A stretch of DNA of 32,000 nucleotides from Candidatus Fokinia solitaria (GTDB lineage: Bacteria; Pseudomonadota; Alphaproteobacteria; Rickettsiales; Midichloriaceae), in NCBI RefSeq assembly GCF_003072485.1, contig NZ_CP025989.1:780001-812000 (forward strand), read 5' to 3'. The notes under the pieces were generated by a model. That model was not told the origin of the DNA and made no database searches. It saw nothing but the letters and a program-made list of their open reading frames with translations. The stretch's first letter is position 1; every line of letters starts with the position of its first letter. This document shows, piece after piece, positions 19,179-29,191 of the stretch. Position numbers and translations under genes: made by a program.

Positions 19179-20834
19179 TTACCTCTTCTCGCGCAGAAAT
19201 TCTATCACATCCGCTCGCATAAAGTTCTGCATTATGTCATCTTCAATAATACCATAGCATGCCAATATTCTATTTATCGATATTGCAGCTCTTCTCAAAG
19301 CATATGGATCTTTAGTGCTAGATGGCTTTATTCCAATTTCAAACATCTCATTAAGAGTATCTAATCTATCACTCAAACTTAATACAATACCTAAAGTAGA
19401 TACAGGTAGCATTGCATCTCCTTTACCTAAGGGGTGATAATGTTCTTTAATTGCCATTACAACATCATCACTCTCTCCATGAAGTTTTGCATAATATGCT
19501 CCTATAATTCCTTGCAATTCTGGAAATTCGCTTACCATTTCCGTAGTTAAGTCCATTTTTGATAAATAGCATGCTCTTTCAATAGAATACGACTCTACTG
19601 TAGTAGCAAAGTAGTGCTTAATTTTATCATAGAGTTGCATGCCGATGTTTTTCATTCTTTCAACTTTCTGATACATTGAGCCTATTTTTTCATGAAACAT
19701 TAGCCCCTTTAACTTATCAATTAGTACATCAAGCGATGTGTTGCATTCTTTAAGAAAAATGAAGCGCGCATCTTCTAATCTTGCTTGTACCACTTTCTCG
19801 TTACCTCGAATGACACTATCTACATCATAGTGTGCTGAAGCTATATCATTCACTATAATAAAGTATGGGGCAATTTCTCCTTCACTCTTGTATTGTAGCA
19901 TCATACATCTTTGATGATGCTTAACAGTCGTGATTAACACTTCCCTCGGTAACGACATGTATTTCTCTGATATTGTACCAAGCAATACACTAGGAAATTC
20001 AGTCATTGCGCTATTTGTGTGCAGAAGCATTTCATCTTCTATCATTACGGTAGAATCAGGTATAATAGCTGATATGTTCTCTCTAATACGACTCACACGT
20101 TCCATGCTCGACACAATTACACCATATTTTTTCAAGATATTCGCATAATCAGAAGCGTGAGATATTGTAATACATTCGCCAAAGTAATTTCCTACAAGAT
20201 TATCAATACCACTCTGTAATGTCGTAATAGGGGGGATATATCCATCATGCCGTTCACTATATATTCTATGTCCAACTGTTTTATTAGACGAATGCAAATG
20301 TCCGAACGTGAATGGTATCACATCTTCATTGTACATACATAATACCGAATATAGAGGCCTTACCCACTCTATTTCATAACTCCCCCATTTCATTGATTTC
20401 TCCCATCTATATGAAAGAATTGCATCGCGTATTATAATACCGAGATTTTTCAAGATCTCCTTTTTGCCACATATTTTCTGATGATATACATAATTCACAC
20501 CATCTTCTATCAAATCAGCCTTATTCGTTATCTCATGCTTTTTCATGAAAGCGGCAAGTATTTTATCATCGCAATCAATCTTCGGTCCTTTAATAATACT
20601 CTTGATTAAAACAAGTTCTGAATGAAGATCCGGTAAATTGTTGATAAATAATCCTATTCTTCTAGCAGAATACAAATCGTACGATACAATGATATCTTCT
20701 TTGCAGAAGTTGTTGTAATTCTTGTAATAGAGTGTCACAGCGTCCACTACGTTTTTACCTATTTCCTCTGTAGCTTTTTTCTGCATACTCATCGGTATTT
20801 CACCGGATAAAAGCTCTAGTAACAAAGCAGCCAT
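19179..20834 (-). CDS. glyS: Glycyl-tRNA synthetase beta subunit, C-terminally short (551 aa)
   Basis: LLLELLSGEIPMSMQ, TEFPSVLLGTI, IIVNDIASAHYDVDSVIRGNEKVVQARLEDARFIF, SLSDRLDTLNEMFEIG..PSSTKDPYALRRAAI. Ends soon after ALRRAA at ADVIEFLREKR*. Confidence 0.9.
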   Translation of the reverse strand: MAALLLELLSGEIPMSMQKKATEEIGKNVVDAVTLYYKNYNNFCKEDIIVSYDLYSARRIGLFINNLPDLHSELVLIKSIIKGPKIDCDDKILAAFMKKHEITNKADLIEDGVNYVYHQKICGKKEILKNLGIIIRDAILSYRWEKSMKWGSYEIEWVRPLYSVLCMYNEDVIPFTFGHLHSSNKTVGHRIYSERHDGYIPPITTLQSGIDNLVGNYFGECITISHASDYANILKKYGVIVSSMERVSRIRENISAIIPDSTVMIEDEMLLHTNSAMTEFPSVLLGTISEKYMSLPREVLITTVKHHQRCMMLQYKSEGEIAPYFIIVNDIASAHYDVDSVIRGNEKVVQARLEDARFIFLKECNTSLDVLIDKLKGLMFHEKIGSMYQKVERMKNIGMQLYDKIKHYFATTVESYSIERACYLSKMDLTTEMVSEFPELQGIIGAYYAKLHGESDDVVMAIKEHYHPLGKGDAMLPVSTLGIVLSLSDRLDTLNEMFEIGIKPSSTKDPYALRRAAISINRILACYGIIEDDIMQNFMRADVIEFLREKR

Positions 20835-20945
20835 GTATCTTCGTAAATATAATACGGATTCTACTTAGATACCATTTTCTACATTCGATGTCATACAATA
20901 TTTCCAAGACTTCGTGTGTTAGCATCAAGCAGTTAAGCGACGCTT

Positions 20946-21620
20946 TTATCTAATAAAAGATATCACGTAGTTGGAATCTATCTTATCATGGAGAAGCCAA
21001 CTTTTTTTAATAAAATCATATTGCATGCCGTGAACATCAGAGATTCGATATGATGGATACATAATATCTACTAACTCCGAAGGCTTGACGTAATTACACC
21101 AATTATGAGTACCTCTAGGTACAAAATTCAAGACGTACTCTCCTAAAAGAATAGTCTTGATGTATGAAAGCACTGTTCTATTGATGGAAGAGATAATGAC
21201 AAGCTTTGCTATACTATCTCTCACTTTTTGTAATAAGATCTTCCACTCATCTATATGCTCTATACTTTCCATCATCAATATCACATCGAAGCAGCGCGCA
21301 GTATCAAAGAAAGTCACAGCACTTTCGCATATAAAATCAACTGCTACATTCTCCTTCTTCGCTAACTTTGCAGCGTAAAAAACGGCTTTCTCACCATTAT
21401 CTACTCCAGTTACATTCATGCCAAGCTTCGCAAGTGGCACGGATAAAATACCACCTCCACAACCTAAGTCCAATACCTTTAATCCTTTCAATGCAGGAAA
21501 AAACTTTCGTAATGTCTGTACTATATACTCTAACCTTACTACATTCATGCGATGGAGCATTTCGAATGCACCATCGCTTTTTTCCCATTCTTGAGCGATA
21601 TCGTCTAAATAGTTGTACAT
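20946..21620 (-). CDS. ubiG: Bifunctional 2-polyprenyl-6-hydroxyphenol methylase / 3-demethylubiquinol 3-O-methyltransferase
   Basis: AQEWEKSDGAFEMLHRMNVVRLEYI, VLDLGCGGGILSVPLAKLGMNVTGVD, LMMESIEHI, PRGTHNWCNYVKPSEL. Confidence 0.87.
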   Translation of the reverse strand: MYNYLDDIAQEWEKSDGAFEMLHRMNVVRLEYIVQTLRKFFPALKGLKVLDLGCGGGILSVPLAKLGMNVTGVDNGEKAVFYAAKLAKKENVAVDFICESAVTFFDTARCFDVILMMESIEHIDEWKILLQKVRDSIAKLVIISSINRTVLSYIKTILLGEYVLNFVPRGTHNWCNYVKPSELVDIMYPSYRISDVHGMQYDFIKKSWLLHDKIDSNYVISFIR

Positions 21621-21648
21621 TGCATCACTTCAAACACTAACGTCATAT

Positions 21649-23049
21649 TTAAAACATCGCCAACGCGCGTATTCCAAATGTATAACTTACCTGATGCGCT
21701 GTTTGTCCATCTACTTTCATTCTTACAGTATCGTTATACGTAGCTTGATATTGAGCATACTGATTATTACTACCTTCATATACATAGTATGAATAGCCAT
21801 TACTATTTCCTTGCATAGGTGTAGTGCCTACATTCGAAAATACCGCTTCTTTTGTATTGGTATTATTCAACTCAGAACAATCTGCAATCTCACAACTACC
21901 ACTGCTTGGCGCATATGTATACTGAGCTGGTACTGCATTTACGCTTACCGTATTAGTACTACGTGATAATTTAGCACCAGGAGAGACGTATTGATTATCG
22001 GAGCTGAAAGTTATAGGTGATGTCGCATTTATAGTGCCGAATATTTCTAGCTGTATATTACCAAATTTTGTTGCAAAACCTCCAGTCAACGCAGTCACTA
22101 TACGCAGATCGTCAGGCGTAGTAATCTTTTCTTCAACGTAATCAGCTATCGATTCTTGTACTACCGTTTCGTTTCCAGAAAAAGCAACAGCGCCATACTC
22201 TCCAGAAATGCAACCACTAGCTGAATACGTGCAAGTAGGTTGCGTTGTAAAGAATGCTCCGCAGCCTGCGCCTGTACAGTACTCAGTAGTACTTCCATTA
22301 TCAGACCAACATGTTGAAGGTGTACTTACCGAACCAATTGCGCATCCTTGCACTGCTGATGCCGGAGTACAAGTGTTACTTGGAGAGCTATAACTGATTG
22401 TGCCAGCAGTGCTAGTACACGTACCACTTGCAGAGCTTATTCCAGAACATACCGAAGTAGCATTCACATACTCAGTTTGCCCTAACGCGGATACTACAAA
22501 TGATACATCTTCTCCACTCGGTGCATTCCATCCGTTATCAATAGCTTTAGCGGTAATATCAGTAATCTTTCCGCTACTATCCATAACTTTTATGCCAGAG
22601 ATCTCATATGTCTGATCCAATATTCCTATCGTTACTCCAACAAACGGCTTTATTTTCCTTTGACCGAAATACTTATTCACTCCAATACTCGTTGTAAAGC
22701 TGTTCACCGACAGCTGCTTGGCAAAGGTAAGCGCTTCACTTTCTACTTCATTATTGAAAAAATCTATCCCTATAAATGCTCCGAGCGAGCCAAACATACG
22801 ACCTACTCCAAATGTAAGACCAGGAGAGGCAACATAGTCATTTGTCACCTGTTCGATTTCACTATCTCTAGTACGTGTAGCAGTTGTATATTTCAGATTG
22901 TTATCCAGTTCTATTGCTGGTGTAAAGTTTACTATACCTCCGCCAAAAGCAAAATTCTTCCTCACTTCTGAAAGAGAATCTTGGATACTGATAGCTGAAA
23001 CAGCATTAAACGGCAATAGTAATAATAAAAGTAATCCTACGACGTACAT
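21649..23049 (-). CDS. Outer-membrane beta-barrel surface protein (P44/Msp2-like) with Cys-rich insertion
   Basis: Signal peptide MYVVGLLLLLLLPFNAVSA, GASP-like strand pattern (LTFGVGRMFGSLGAFIGIDFF, FTTSIGVNKYFGQRKIKPFVGVTIGI), and C-terminus QVSYTFGIRALAMF ending in Phe. Confidence 0.7.
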   Translation of the reverse strand: MYVVGLLLLLLLPFNAVSAISIQDSLSEVRKNFAFGGGIVNFTPAIELDNNLKYTTATRTRDSEIEQVTNDYVASPGLTFGVGRMFGSLGAFIGIDFFNNEVESEALTFAKQLSVNSFTTSIGVNKYFGQRKIKPFVGVTIGILDQTYEISGIKVMDSSGKITDITAKAIDNGWNAPSGEDVSFVVSALGQTEYVNATSVCSGISSASGTCTSTAGTISYSSPSNTCTPASAVQGCAIGSVSTPSTCWSDNGSTTEYCTGAGCGAFFTTQPTCTYSASGCISGEYGAVAFSGNETVVQESIADYVEEKITTPDDLRIVTALTGGFATKFGNIQLEIFGTINATSPITFSSDNQYVSPGAKLSRSTNTVSVNAVPAQYTYAPSSGSCEIADCSELNNTNTKEAVFSNVGTTPMQGNSNGYSYYVYEGSNNQYAQYQATYNDTVRMKVDGQTAHQVSYTFGIRALAMF

Positions 23050-23172
23050 AAAAAATTGCTAAATAAATACTTATAACTCAAGAATAAAAGTAATAAATAA
23101 AAAAGAAAAGAAAAATTATACGCACATAATTGAATGACAGTAAAATTTATAATACATACTGCATTTTGCACT

Positions 23173-24168
23173 CTATTTAGTGCACTTATTTAATACGCGC
23201 AGTACATTTTTTATAATTTCCTTCTCTTTTGGCAAAGTCGCTATCTCTAGGTTTTCCGCATACGGAAGTGGTATGTCTACACTAGCTACGCGACACGGAG
23301 GCGAATCAAGAAAATCAAAAGCGTGCTCAAGTACGCTCATACTGATCTCAGCACCAATACCGCATTTTGCCCATCCTTCTTCTACTGTCACAAGATTATT
23401 AGTCTTTTTTACTGAATTAATTATCGTTGCGGTATCTATAGGACGCAACGTAATGAGATCGATAACTTCGCATGATACACCGTATTCTGTTTGAAGAATT
23501 TCGCTAGCGCGTAAAGCTCTTCCAACTTGAATGGAAAACGTCACTATCGTAATATCCGTTCCCTGTCTTACTACTCTAGCCTCTCCTATTTTTGGAGGTA
23601 TATAGTCTTCTAATACGGCATGTTCTTCATTATAAAGAATTTCATTTTCTAGAAATACAACAGGATTTTTATCTTCTACCGAAGCCTGTATTAGAGCTTC
23701 AAAATCGTACGAGAAATACGGTGCAATCACCTTTAATCCTGGAATGTGCGCATACCATGCTGCATAACATTGCGAATGCTGCGCTGCCACTCTAGATGCC
23801 GCACCATTTGGCCCTCTAAATACAATCGGACATGTAATAGTACCTCCTGACATGTAATGCAATTTTGCGCATGAATTTATAATCTGATCCATCGCTTGCA
23901 TTGCGAAGTTGAAAGTCATGAATTCCACTATAGGCGCCAATCCACTCATCGCCATCCCTGCGCCAATACCTGCAAAACCATGTTCTGTTATCGGTGTATC
24001 TATTACTCTTTCTTTGCCAAATTCTTGAAGGAGTCCGCTGCTCACTTTGTAAGCGCCTTGATATTCTCCTACTTCTTCTCCAAGCAGCACAACATTGCAG
24101 TCATTACGCATACTCTTAGCAATACCATCTCTTATGGATTCTCTGACAGATTTCATGGAGTGAGTCAT
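23173..24168 (-). CDS. pdhB: Pyruvate dehydrogenase E1 component, beta subunit
   Basis: VVLLGEEVGEYQGAYKVSSGLLQEFGKERVIDTPITEHGFAGIGAGMAMSGLAPIVEFMTFNFAMQAMDQI, RGPNGAASRVAAQHSQCYAAWYAHIPGLKV. Confidence 0.96.
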   Translation of the reverse strand: MTHSMKSVRESIRDGIAKSMRNDCNVVLLGEEVGEYQGAYKVSSGLLQEFGKERVIDTPITEHGFAGIGAGMAMSGLAPIVEFMTFNFAMQAMDQIINSCAKLHYMSGGTITCPIVFRGPNGAASRVAAQHSQCYAAWYAHIPGLKVIAPYFSYDFEALIQASVEDKNPVVFLENEILYNEEHAVLEDYIPPKIGEARVVRQGTDITIVTFSIQVGRALRASEILQTEYGVSCEVIDLITLRPIDTATIINSVKKTNNLVTVEEGWAKCGIGAEISMSVLEHAFDFLDSPPCRVASVDIPLPYAENLEIATLPKEKEIIKNVLRVLNKCTK

Positions 24169-24219
24169 AAGATCTCAAAAAAACTTAGTTAAAGTAGCAA
24201 AATAACCGAGAAATTCAAC

Positions 24220-25218
24220 TTAATAGTCTATGTTATGAAGCTTTCCCCTAAACGCAATATGCACTACCATCGTATAAATTAAAAGCAGAGGCACAAATAT
24301 CAGCGCTGATATCAATATTGCTATAAGAGATTTTTCATGCGCAGCACCATCTACAAGTAGAATACTGTACGGAGAAATATACGGATATACTACCATTGCA
24401 GAAAAAATAAAGAATGCCGCAAAGAAACAAAACATAGACACCAAGAATAGAAAATTACTCCAGCGATATAGCAGACGCTGCATATACACAGCAAGGAAAC
24501 CGCAAATAAAGTTTAGCATAATAGGAATAGCACTATAATAGCCAAGCTTTAGCAATCTTCCAAACATTACTTCATCTTCATGAAACAATATTGCGTATGC
24601 TAACATTGAAAATAATGCAAAACCATACAATAAGCCACTAACGTCATTTTCAATCTTTCGAGGATACTCACTACTCACTCTTATCTTCTGCGTAAGAGAT
24701 ATCCACATCTCTCCTAAAGCAGAGAACCCCATTATAAACGCCATCCCTCCCGCACAACAACTGACAAATTGCGTTATACCGTTACTGAATCCACTAATAT
24801 AGTAGAATATCATATGCCCCATAGTAAAACTCATTCCAAACGAGGATATCATGAAGATATTACTCCACAATGAATAGTATGATGTTTTTAGCCGTAATTC
24901 AAAGGATACACCACGTAATATGAGGAGGAAAAGTAGCATAAATACATGAATGTAAAGCTTTCCTAATATCTCGCCATGCGCTTGAGGAAAAGCTATTGTA
25001 ATAAGTCCTACCCATAACACTAGCCATGTTTCATTAGCATCCCAAAAGGGCGCAATCGAACCAATGATGCTATCTCTTTTAGCGCGAGACTTATAGCGCA
25101 CAAGCAGCATGCCTACTCCTAAGTCGCAACCATCAAGCATGCAGTACATATATAGCGCTAACGTTACAAGAAATCCAAAAATATCAGCAAGATGATTCTG
25201 CAGTATATATGCGATCAT
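24220..25218 (-). CDS. cydB: Cytochrome bd-type quinol oxidase subunit II
   Basis: YMYCMLDGCDLGVGMLL, IAPFWDANETWLVLWVGLITIAFPQAH, LRGVSFELRLK. Hydrophobic multi-TM. Confidence 0.92.
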   Translation of the reverse strand: MIAYILQNHLADIFGFLVTLALYMYCMLDGCDLGVGMLLVRYKSRAKRDSIIGSIAPFWDANETWLVLWVGLITIAFPQAHGEILGKLYIHVFMLLFLLILRGVSFELRLKTSYYSLWSNIFMISSFGMSFTMGHMIFYYISGFSNGITQFVSCCAGGMAFIMGFSALGEMWISLTQKIRVSSEYPRKIENDVSGLLYGFALFSMLAYAILFHEDEVMFGRLLKLGYYSAIPIMLNFICGFLAVYMQRLLYRWSNFLFLVSMFCFFAAFFIFSAMVVYPYISPYSILLVDGAAHEKSLIAILISALIFVPLLLIYTMVVHIAFRGKLHNIDY

Positions 25219-25225
25219 ATGCTAA

Positions 25226-25885
25226 TTATTTAATTAATTTTTTATCGATCATCTCAAGTGATAATTCACTTTTTAACGGCGCGCCATTAAGTATCAAGTA
25301 TGGCGTATATTCTATCTTCAAGTCTTGCTTTCCTTGAAAAGACTGCTTTATTACTCTTCGTTTAAATAAATCACTTGATTTACAGTGCTCTATCTTACTT
25401 TTCGAGATATTATTAAACTCCAGTATTGAAATCATTTTCTTTTTATAGTCTCCAAAAAGCCAGGAAAGTTGATTCTTGTATAATACATCTATCACTCTGA
25501 AATAGAGATCATAATCATCATGACCAATACATAATGAAAGTGCTGCAGCATCAAGAGACTGCGCATCAAGCGGAAACGGACGATATATGTACAGCATCTT
25601 ACCAGTTTTGACGTACTTCTCTAATATCTGAGTAAATAAAGAAGCATGGTAGTGCGCACAATGAGGACAAGTAAGTGAAGAATATTCTATCATCACATTC
25701 TTCGCTTTCAGATTTCCGATGTAATAGTCATCATGCATTTTACTCAGCAACGGAGAATCAGTCACTATAGCATTGTCTTTTACTGGCGCATTTACAACAG
25801 AGTAAGTATTACTATATGGAAAAAGAAGACATATAAGACAGAATATGAACGTCAAAAAGCAATGTAAATCCCTTGAAAAAAGCAT
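25226..25885 (-). CDS. DsbA-like thiol:disulfide oxidoreductase
   Basis: Hydrophobic N-terminus, CPHC active site in VMIEYSSLTCPHCAHYH, and a cis-Pro-like IEYTPYLILNG. Confidence 0.85.
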   Translation of the reverse strand: MLFSRDLHCFLTFIFCLICLLFPYSNTYSVVNAPVKDNAIVTDSPLLSKMHDDYYIGNLKAKNVMIEYSSLTCPHCAHYHASLFTQILEKYVKTGKMLYIYRPFPLDAQSLDAAALSLCIGHDDYDLYFRVIDVLYKNQLSWLFGDYKKKMISILEFNNISKSKIEHCKSSDLFKRRVIKQSFQGKQDLKIEYTPYLILNGAPLKSELSLEMIDKKLIK

Positions 25886-25973
25886 ACTTCGAGATAAAGC
25901 GCCATTAATACTAAGTAACAGTATCTAAACTCTAAACAGGAAATTCAATAGAAATTTCTCATTTATAACTTTA

Positions 25974-27317
25974 CTAATCTTGAAATTTTATGCGCGCTCT
26001 CAAACGCAGAATGGTGATAATATTGACGATCATTATGATTCCTCCTGAAATACTCATGATCAGCATCACGTCTTCTTGTTCCTGAAATGCAAAAATACTA
26101 AAGGCAAATATCGCATATATTACGTATATTACCCTGCCATACTTTGCGTGAATATAAGATGCTGCCTTTTGCCCTACTACAAAATATCCTATGATAGTGC
26201 TAAAACCGGCAATCACAATCACAAGCGTAATATAACATTCTACGAAAAAAGAAGGTAGAAATTTTTCGAGAGAGAAAGATACATACTGAAAGTGACTCAA
26301 TCCCTTTTGCTGAAAAGCGCCACCAAGCTTTGCAATCAAGAGACTGATCATCGATATAACAGTATCGGTAAATAATGAAAAAAACGTCGTTCTCGCATAA
26401 GAAGCAGGAGATGTCATTATCTTCGCTTCACTATGTACAACCGAATCATACCCCATTCCTATATCTCCAGAATATATCCCTCTCGCGAAACCATAATGCA
26501 TTGCTATTATCACACCTACTATATTCCATCTATCATTATGAAAGTCATAAAATTTCGTCCCTTGATATAAGATTTCATACAATATCTCCGGAATGGCAGC
26601 ATAATTTATCGCTATCACATATAATCCAATACCAATATACGATACTAGTAACACTGGCATTATAACAGCGCATATCTCACTCAGCCTTTTTACTCCTCCA
26701 AGTGCACTTGCCATCACACAACATAGCGTAGCTGCTACTATAATTGCTTTATCCACTCCAAGTAACGTGGAAATACTATCGGTAATAACAAGAAATTGCA
26801 CAATCTCCACTCCATATATGCATAACAGTACAGATATCAGTAAGGGTAATACCGTCTTCAGCACACTACTTTCCTTAAAACTACCAGCGATATAATACAT
26901 CAATCCGCCATCATATCCATCGCCATTCCTTTTCTTCACTCTATACTGTATTGCAAGATAAACTTCGCAATATTTCACAATCATACCAATAAAGGAAGCG
27001 AGCAGCATCCACAAAATACTCCCCATTCCTCCAAGCGTCACCGCACCCATTATCGTCACTATATTACCTACTCCTACCATGCCACCAATTGAAGAGAAAT
27101 ATAACTTCCATGGAGGTAATCCGTAAGACGAATTTGTTTTATGAGAAGCTATGCCGAAAATTTCAGATACATTCTTAATAGGATTTTTTAATGTACGTAT
27201 CTGTAAGAAGTGCGCTTTATACGTGAGATATACGCCTCCGATTAAAATGACGAATATTCCAAGGTACTCCCATATAAAACGATCTATCCATGCGAAAAAT
27301 GAAAAAATATACCCCAT
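25974..27317 (-). CDS. AGCS-family sodium:alanine (amino acid) symporter
   Basis: IGGMVGVGNIVTIMGAVTLGGMGSILWMLLASFIGMIVKYCEVYLAIQYR, DGGLMYYI, FARGIYSGDIGMGYDSVVHS. Multi-TM. Confidence 0.93.
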   Translation of the reverse strand: MGYIFSFFAWIDRFIWEYLGIFVILIGGVYLTYKAHFLQIRTLKNPIKNVSEIFGIASHKTNSSYGLPPWKLYFSSIGGMVGVGNIVTIMGAVTLGGMGSILWMLLASFIGMIVKYCEVYLAIQYRVKKRNGDGYDGGLMYYIAGSFKESSVLKTVLPLLISVLLCIYGVEIVQFLVITDSISTLLGVDKAIIVAATLCCVMASALGGVKRLSEICAVIMPVLLVSYIGIGLYVIAINYAAIPEILYEILYQGTKFYDFHNDRWNIVGVIIAMHYGFARGIYSGDIGMGYDSVVHSEAKIMTSPASYARTTFFSLFTDTVISMISLLIAKLGGAFQQKGLSHFQYVSFSLEKFLPSFFVECYITLVIVIAGFSTIIGYFVVGQKAASYIHAKYGRVIYVIYAIFAFSIFAFQEQEDVMLIMSISGGIIMIVNIITILRLRARIKFQD

Positions 27318-27429
27318 AAATCTACCACGCCAATCTTATTCTTTTTCTATCACTTATACCTTCGAATATAGTATATATCAAATGTGCAATGACATATCTC
27401 TTAGCACAATAAACGAATATATAAGCATC

Positions 27430-28359
27430 ATGATCAGAATGATAGAAAAATTCAGAGAGATGCTTCTTAGCGAATTTCAAGCAAGTAATAACACTATTAT
27501 ATCGTATGTTACAGACTTAAAATTCTTTAACTTCTTTCTTCAAGAGAGAAAAATTGCACCACTATCTGTCACTCATTCTGACATTACGGATTATCTTGTT
27601 ACCTTAAATAAAGAATCTTCTGCCACCGTAAGACGCAAGATATCAGTTTTAAAAAGATTTTATAGCTTTCTACTAACTGAGAGAGATATTACAGAAAATC
27701 CAACACTTAGCATCAAATATCCGAAACGAGAACATAAATTGCCGAACGTACCGAGTGAAACGGATATAATAAAGATGTTCACAGGCATTCGTGAACTATA
27801 TTTGAATGATGAATTTCTATTATTACGAAATAATGCAATATTTGCGGTACTATATTCTACAGGACTCAGAGTATCAGAACTGATTACGCTTAAACTTGCT
27901 GATGTTATGGAAAACGAATATTTGCGCGATAACTCTGTAAAAAGAATTATCAAAGTAATAGGAAAGGGCAATAAAGAACGTAATGTAGTACTGAACGATA
28001 TCGCGTATGCAACGTTGGCGCAATACGTACATCTCATCATAACTACGAAAAAGAACTGCAACAATTTTGGATGGCTATTTTCTTCCGAAGATTCTCCAAC
28101 TACTCATCTTACAAGACAGAGAATCGGACAGATTATCCGTGAAGTAGCGACGTATATGAACATAGATAAAAAATTGATATCGCCTCATAAAGTAAGGCAT
28201 GCTTTCGCTACTCATATCTTGAGAAAAGGCGCACAAATTCATGTGTTACAGAAAATACTCGGACATTCTTCTATCACTTCAACGCAAATATATACCTCGG
28301 TATTGAATGACGATCTGAGAAATATGCTTAATGACAAGCATCCTCTTTCAAAAAAGTAA
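27430..28359 (+). CDS. Xer-type tyrosine recombinase; start probably 27430 or nearby, not 27151
   Basis: Catalytic set present: STGLRVSELITL (R), VIGKGNKERNV (K), SPHKVRHAFATHILRKG (HxxR), LGHSSITSTQIYTSV (H, Y). The 5' part of the ORF track entry overlaps the divergent AGCS gene and lacks family similarity. Confidence 0.92.
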   Translation: MIRMIEKFREMLLSEFQASNNTIISYVTDLKFFNFFLQERKIAPLSVTHSDITDYLVTLNKESSATVRRKISVLKRFYSFLLTERDITENPTLSIKYPKREHKLPNVPSETDIIKMFTGIRELYLNDEFLLLRNNAIFAVLYSTGLRVSELITLKLADVMENEYLRDNSVKRIIKVIGKGNKERNVVLNDIAYATLAQYVHLIITTKKNCNNFGWLFSSEDSPTTHLTRQRIGQIIREVATYMNIDKKLISPHKVRHAFATHILRKGAQIHVLQKILGHSSITSTQIYTSVLNDDLRNMLNDKHPLSKK

Positions 28360-29067
28360 CTATTTCTTCTTCAGAACGACAAATATCTCCGCTGAATCCG
28401 AATAGCTTGAATGTGGCTTAAAAAACTGGAAATTGTCAAAATGCTCAGAGTGCTTCTTTATCACAGCGCTTTCCTTACCGCATCTTATAACCTTAGTCAC
28501 AAAAAAACCACCTTTCTTCAGATACTTTATTGCAAATAACAGACTCTCATTTAAAAGCGCAGCAAATCGTAAATGATCTGCAGTTTTATCTCCAGACGCA
28601 TTAGGTAACATATCACTCACTATCAAAGCGGCGCTAAAATTCTCTAAAATATCTGATGACTTCTCTACTTCACGATCTTGTGCTGCTTCACTAGTCTCAT
28701 CAAACTGAGACAAAATTTCTTGTATTTTCTGCATCAAATCAGATGCTAAAAAATCATGTTGTATGAAATGCACGCCAGAAACAGGCATCACATGCAATAA
28801 GTCAATTCCAATAATCGAAGCGCGCACTGAAGCTTTTTTTAATCTTTCACTTATGACTTGAGACCAGCCACCTGGTGCAGCACCTAAGTCAAGTATCACT
28901 TCTCCATTCTTTACCGTTTTTATAATGTGAAATTTATCTAAAATTTCTATTAACTTAAAAGCAGCTCTCGATCTATAATTCAGCTCCTTTGCCATATGCA
29001 CGTACTGATCTTTTTTTCTCCTCTTTAGCCACTTTTGAGAAGAGTAAGAAAACTTTTTTTTCAGCAT
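28360..29067 (-). CDS. rlmE: 23S rRNA (uridine-2'-O-)-methyltransferase RlmE (RrmJ/FtsJ)
   Basis: YRSRAAFKLIEI, VILDLGAAPGGWSQVI, VSDMLPNASGDKTADHLR, GGFFVTKVIR, SYSDSAEIFVV cover the K-D-K-E tetrad. Confidence 0.95.
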   Translation of the reverse strand: MLKKKFSYSSQKWLKRRKKDQYVHMAKELNYRSRAAFKLIEILDKFHIIKTVKNGEVILDLGAAPGGWSQVISERLKKASVRASIIGIDLLHVMPVSGVHFIQHDFLASDLMQKIQEILSQFDETSEAAQDREVEKSSDILENFSAALIVSDMLPNASGDKTADHLRFAALLNESLLFAIKYLKKGGFFVTKVIRCGKESAVIKKHSEHFDNFQFFKPHSSYSDSAEIFVVLKKK

Positions 29068-29191
29068 CTACTTCAATATAATCCAACACTTCCGTTAGCA
29101 TAGCATATACCGCTATGAGATATAACACATATGTTGACTATCGTAAGGTAATCACCTACTCTTATAGAAAATAAATGTAGCTTTAACTAAT

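Noticed and set aside
23896-24192. Multiple 60-110-aa ORFs antisense to pdhB, the OMP gene, uvrA, trigger factor and others
   Set aside because: They lie wholly or mostly opposite well-supported genes, have low-complexity or unrecognisable products, and are best explained as shadow ORFs.
27151-27429. N-terminal extension of the Xer recombinase ORF
   Set aside because: It overlaps the divergent AGCS gene, lacks recombinase similarity, and good internal ATG starts exist at 27430/27439.
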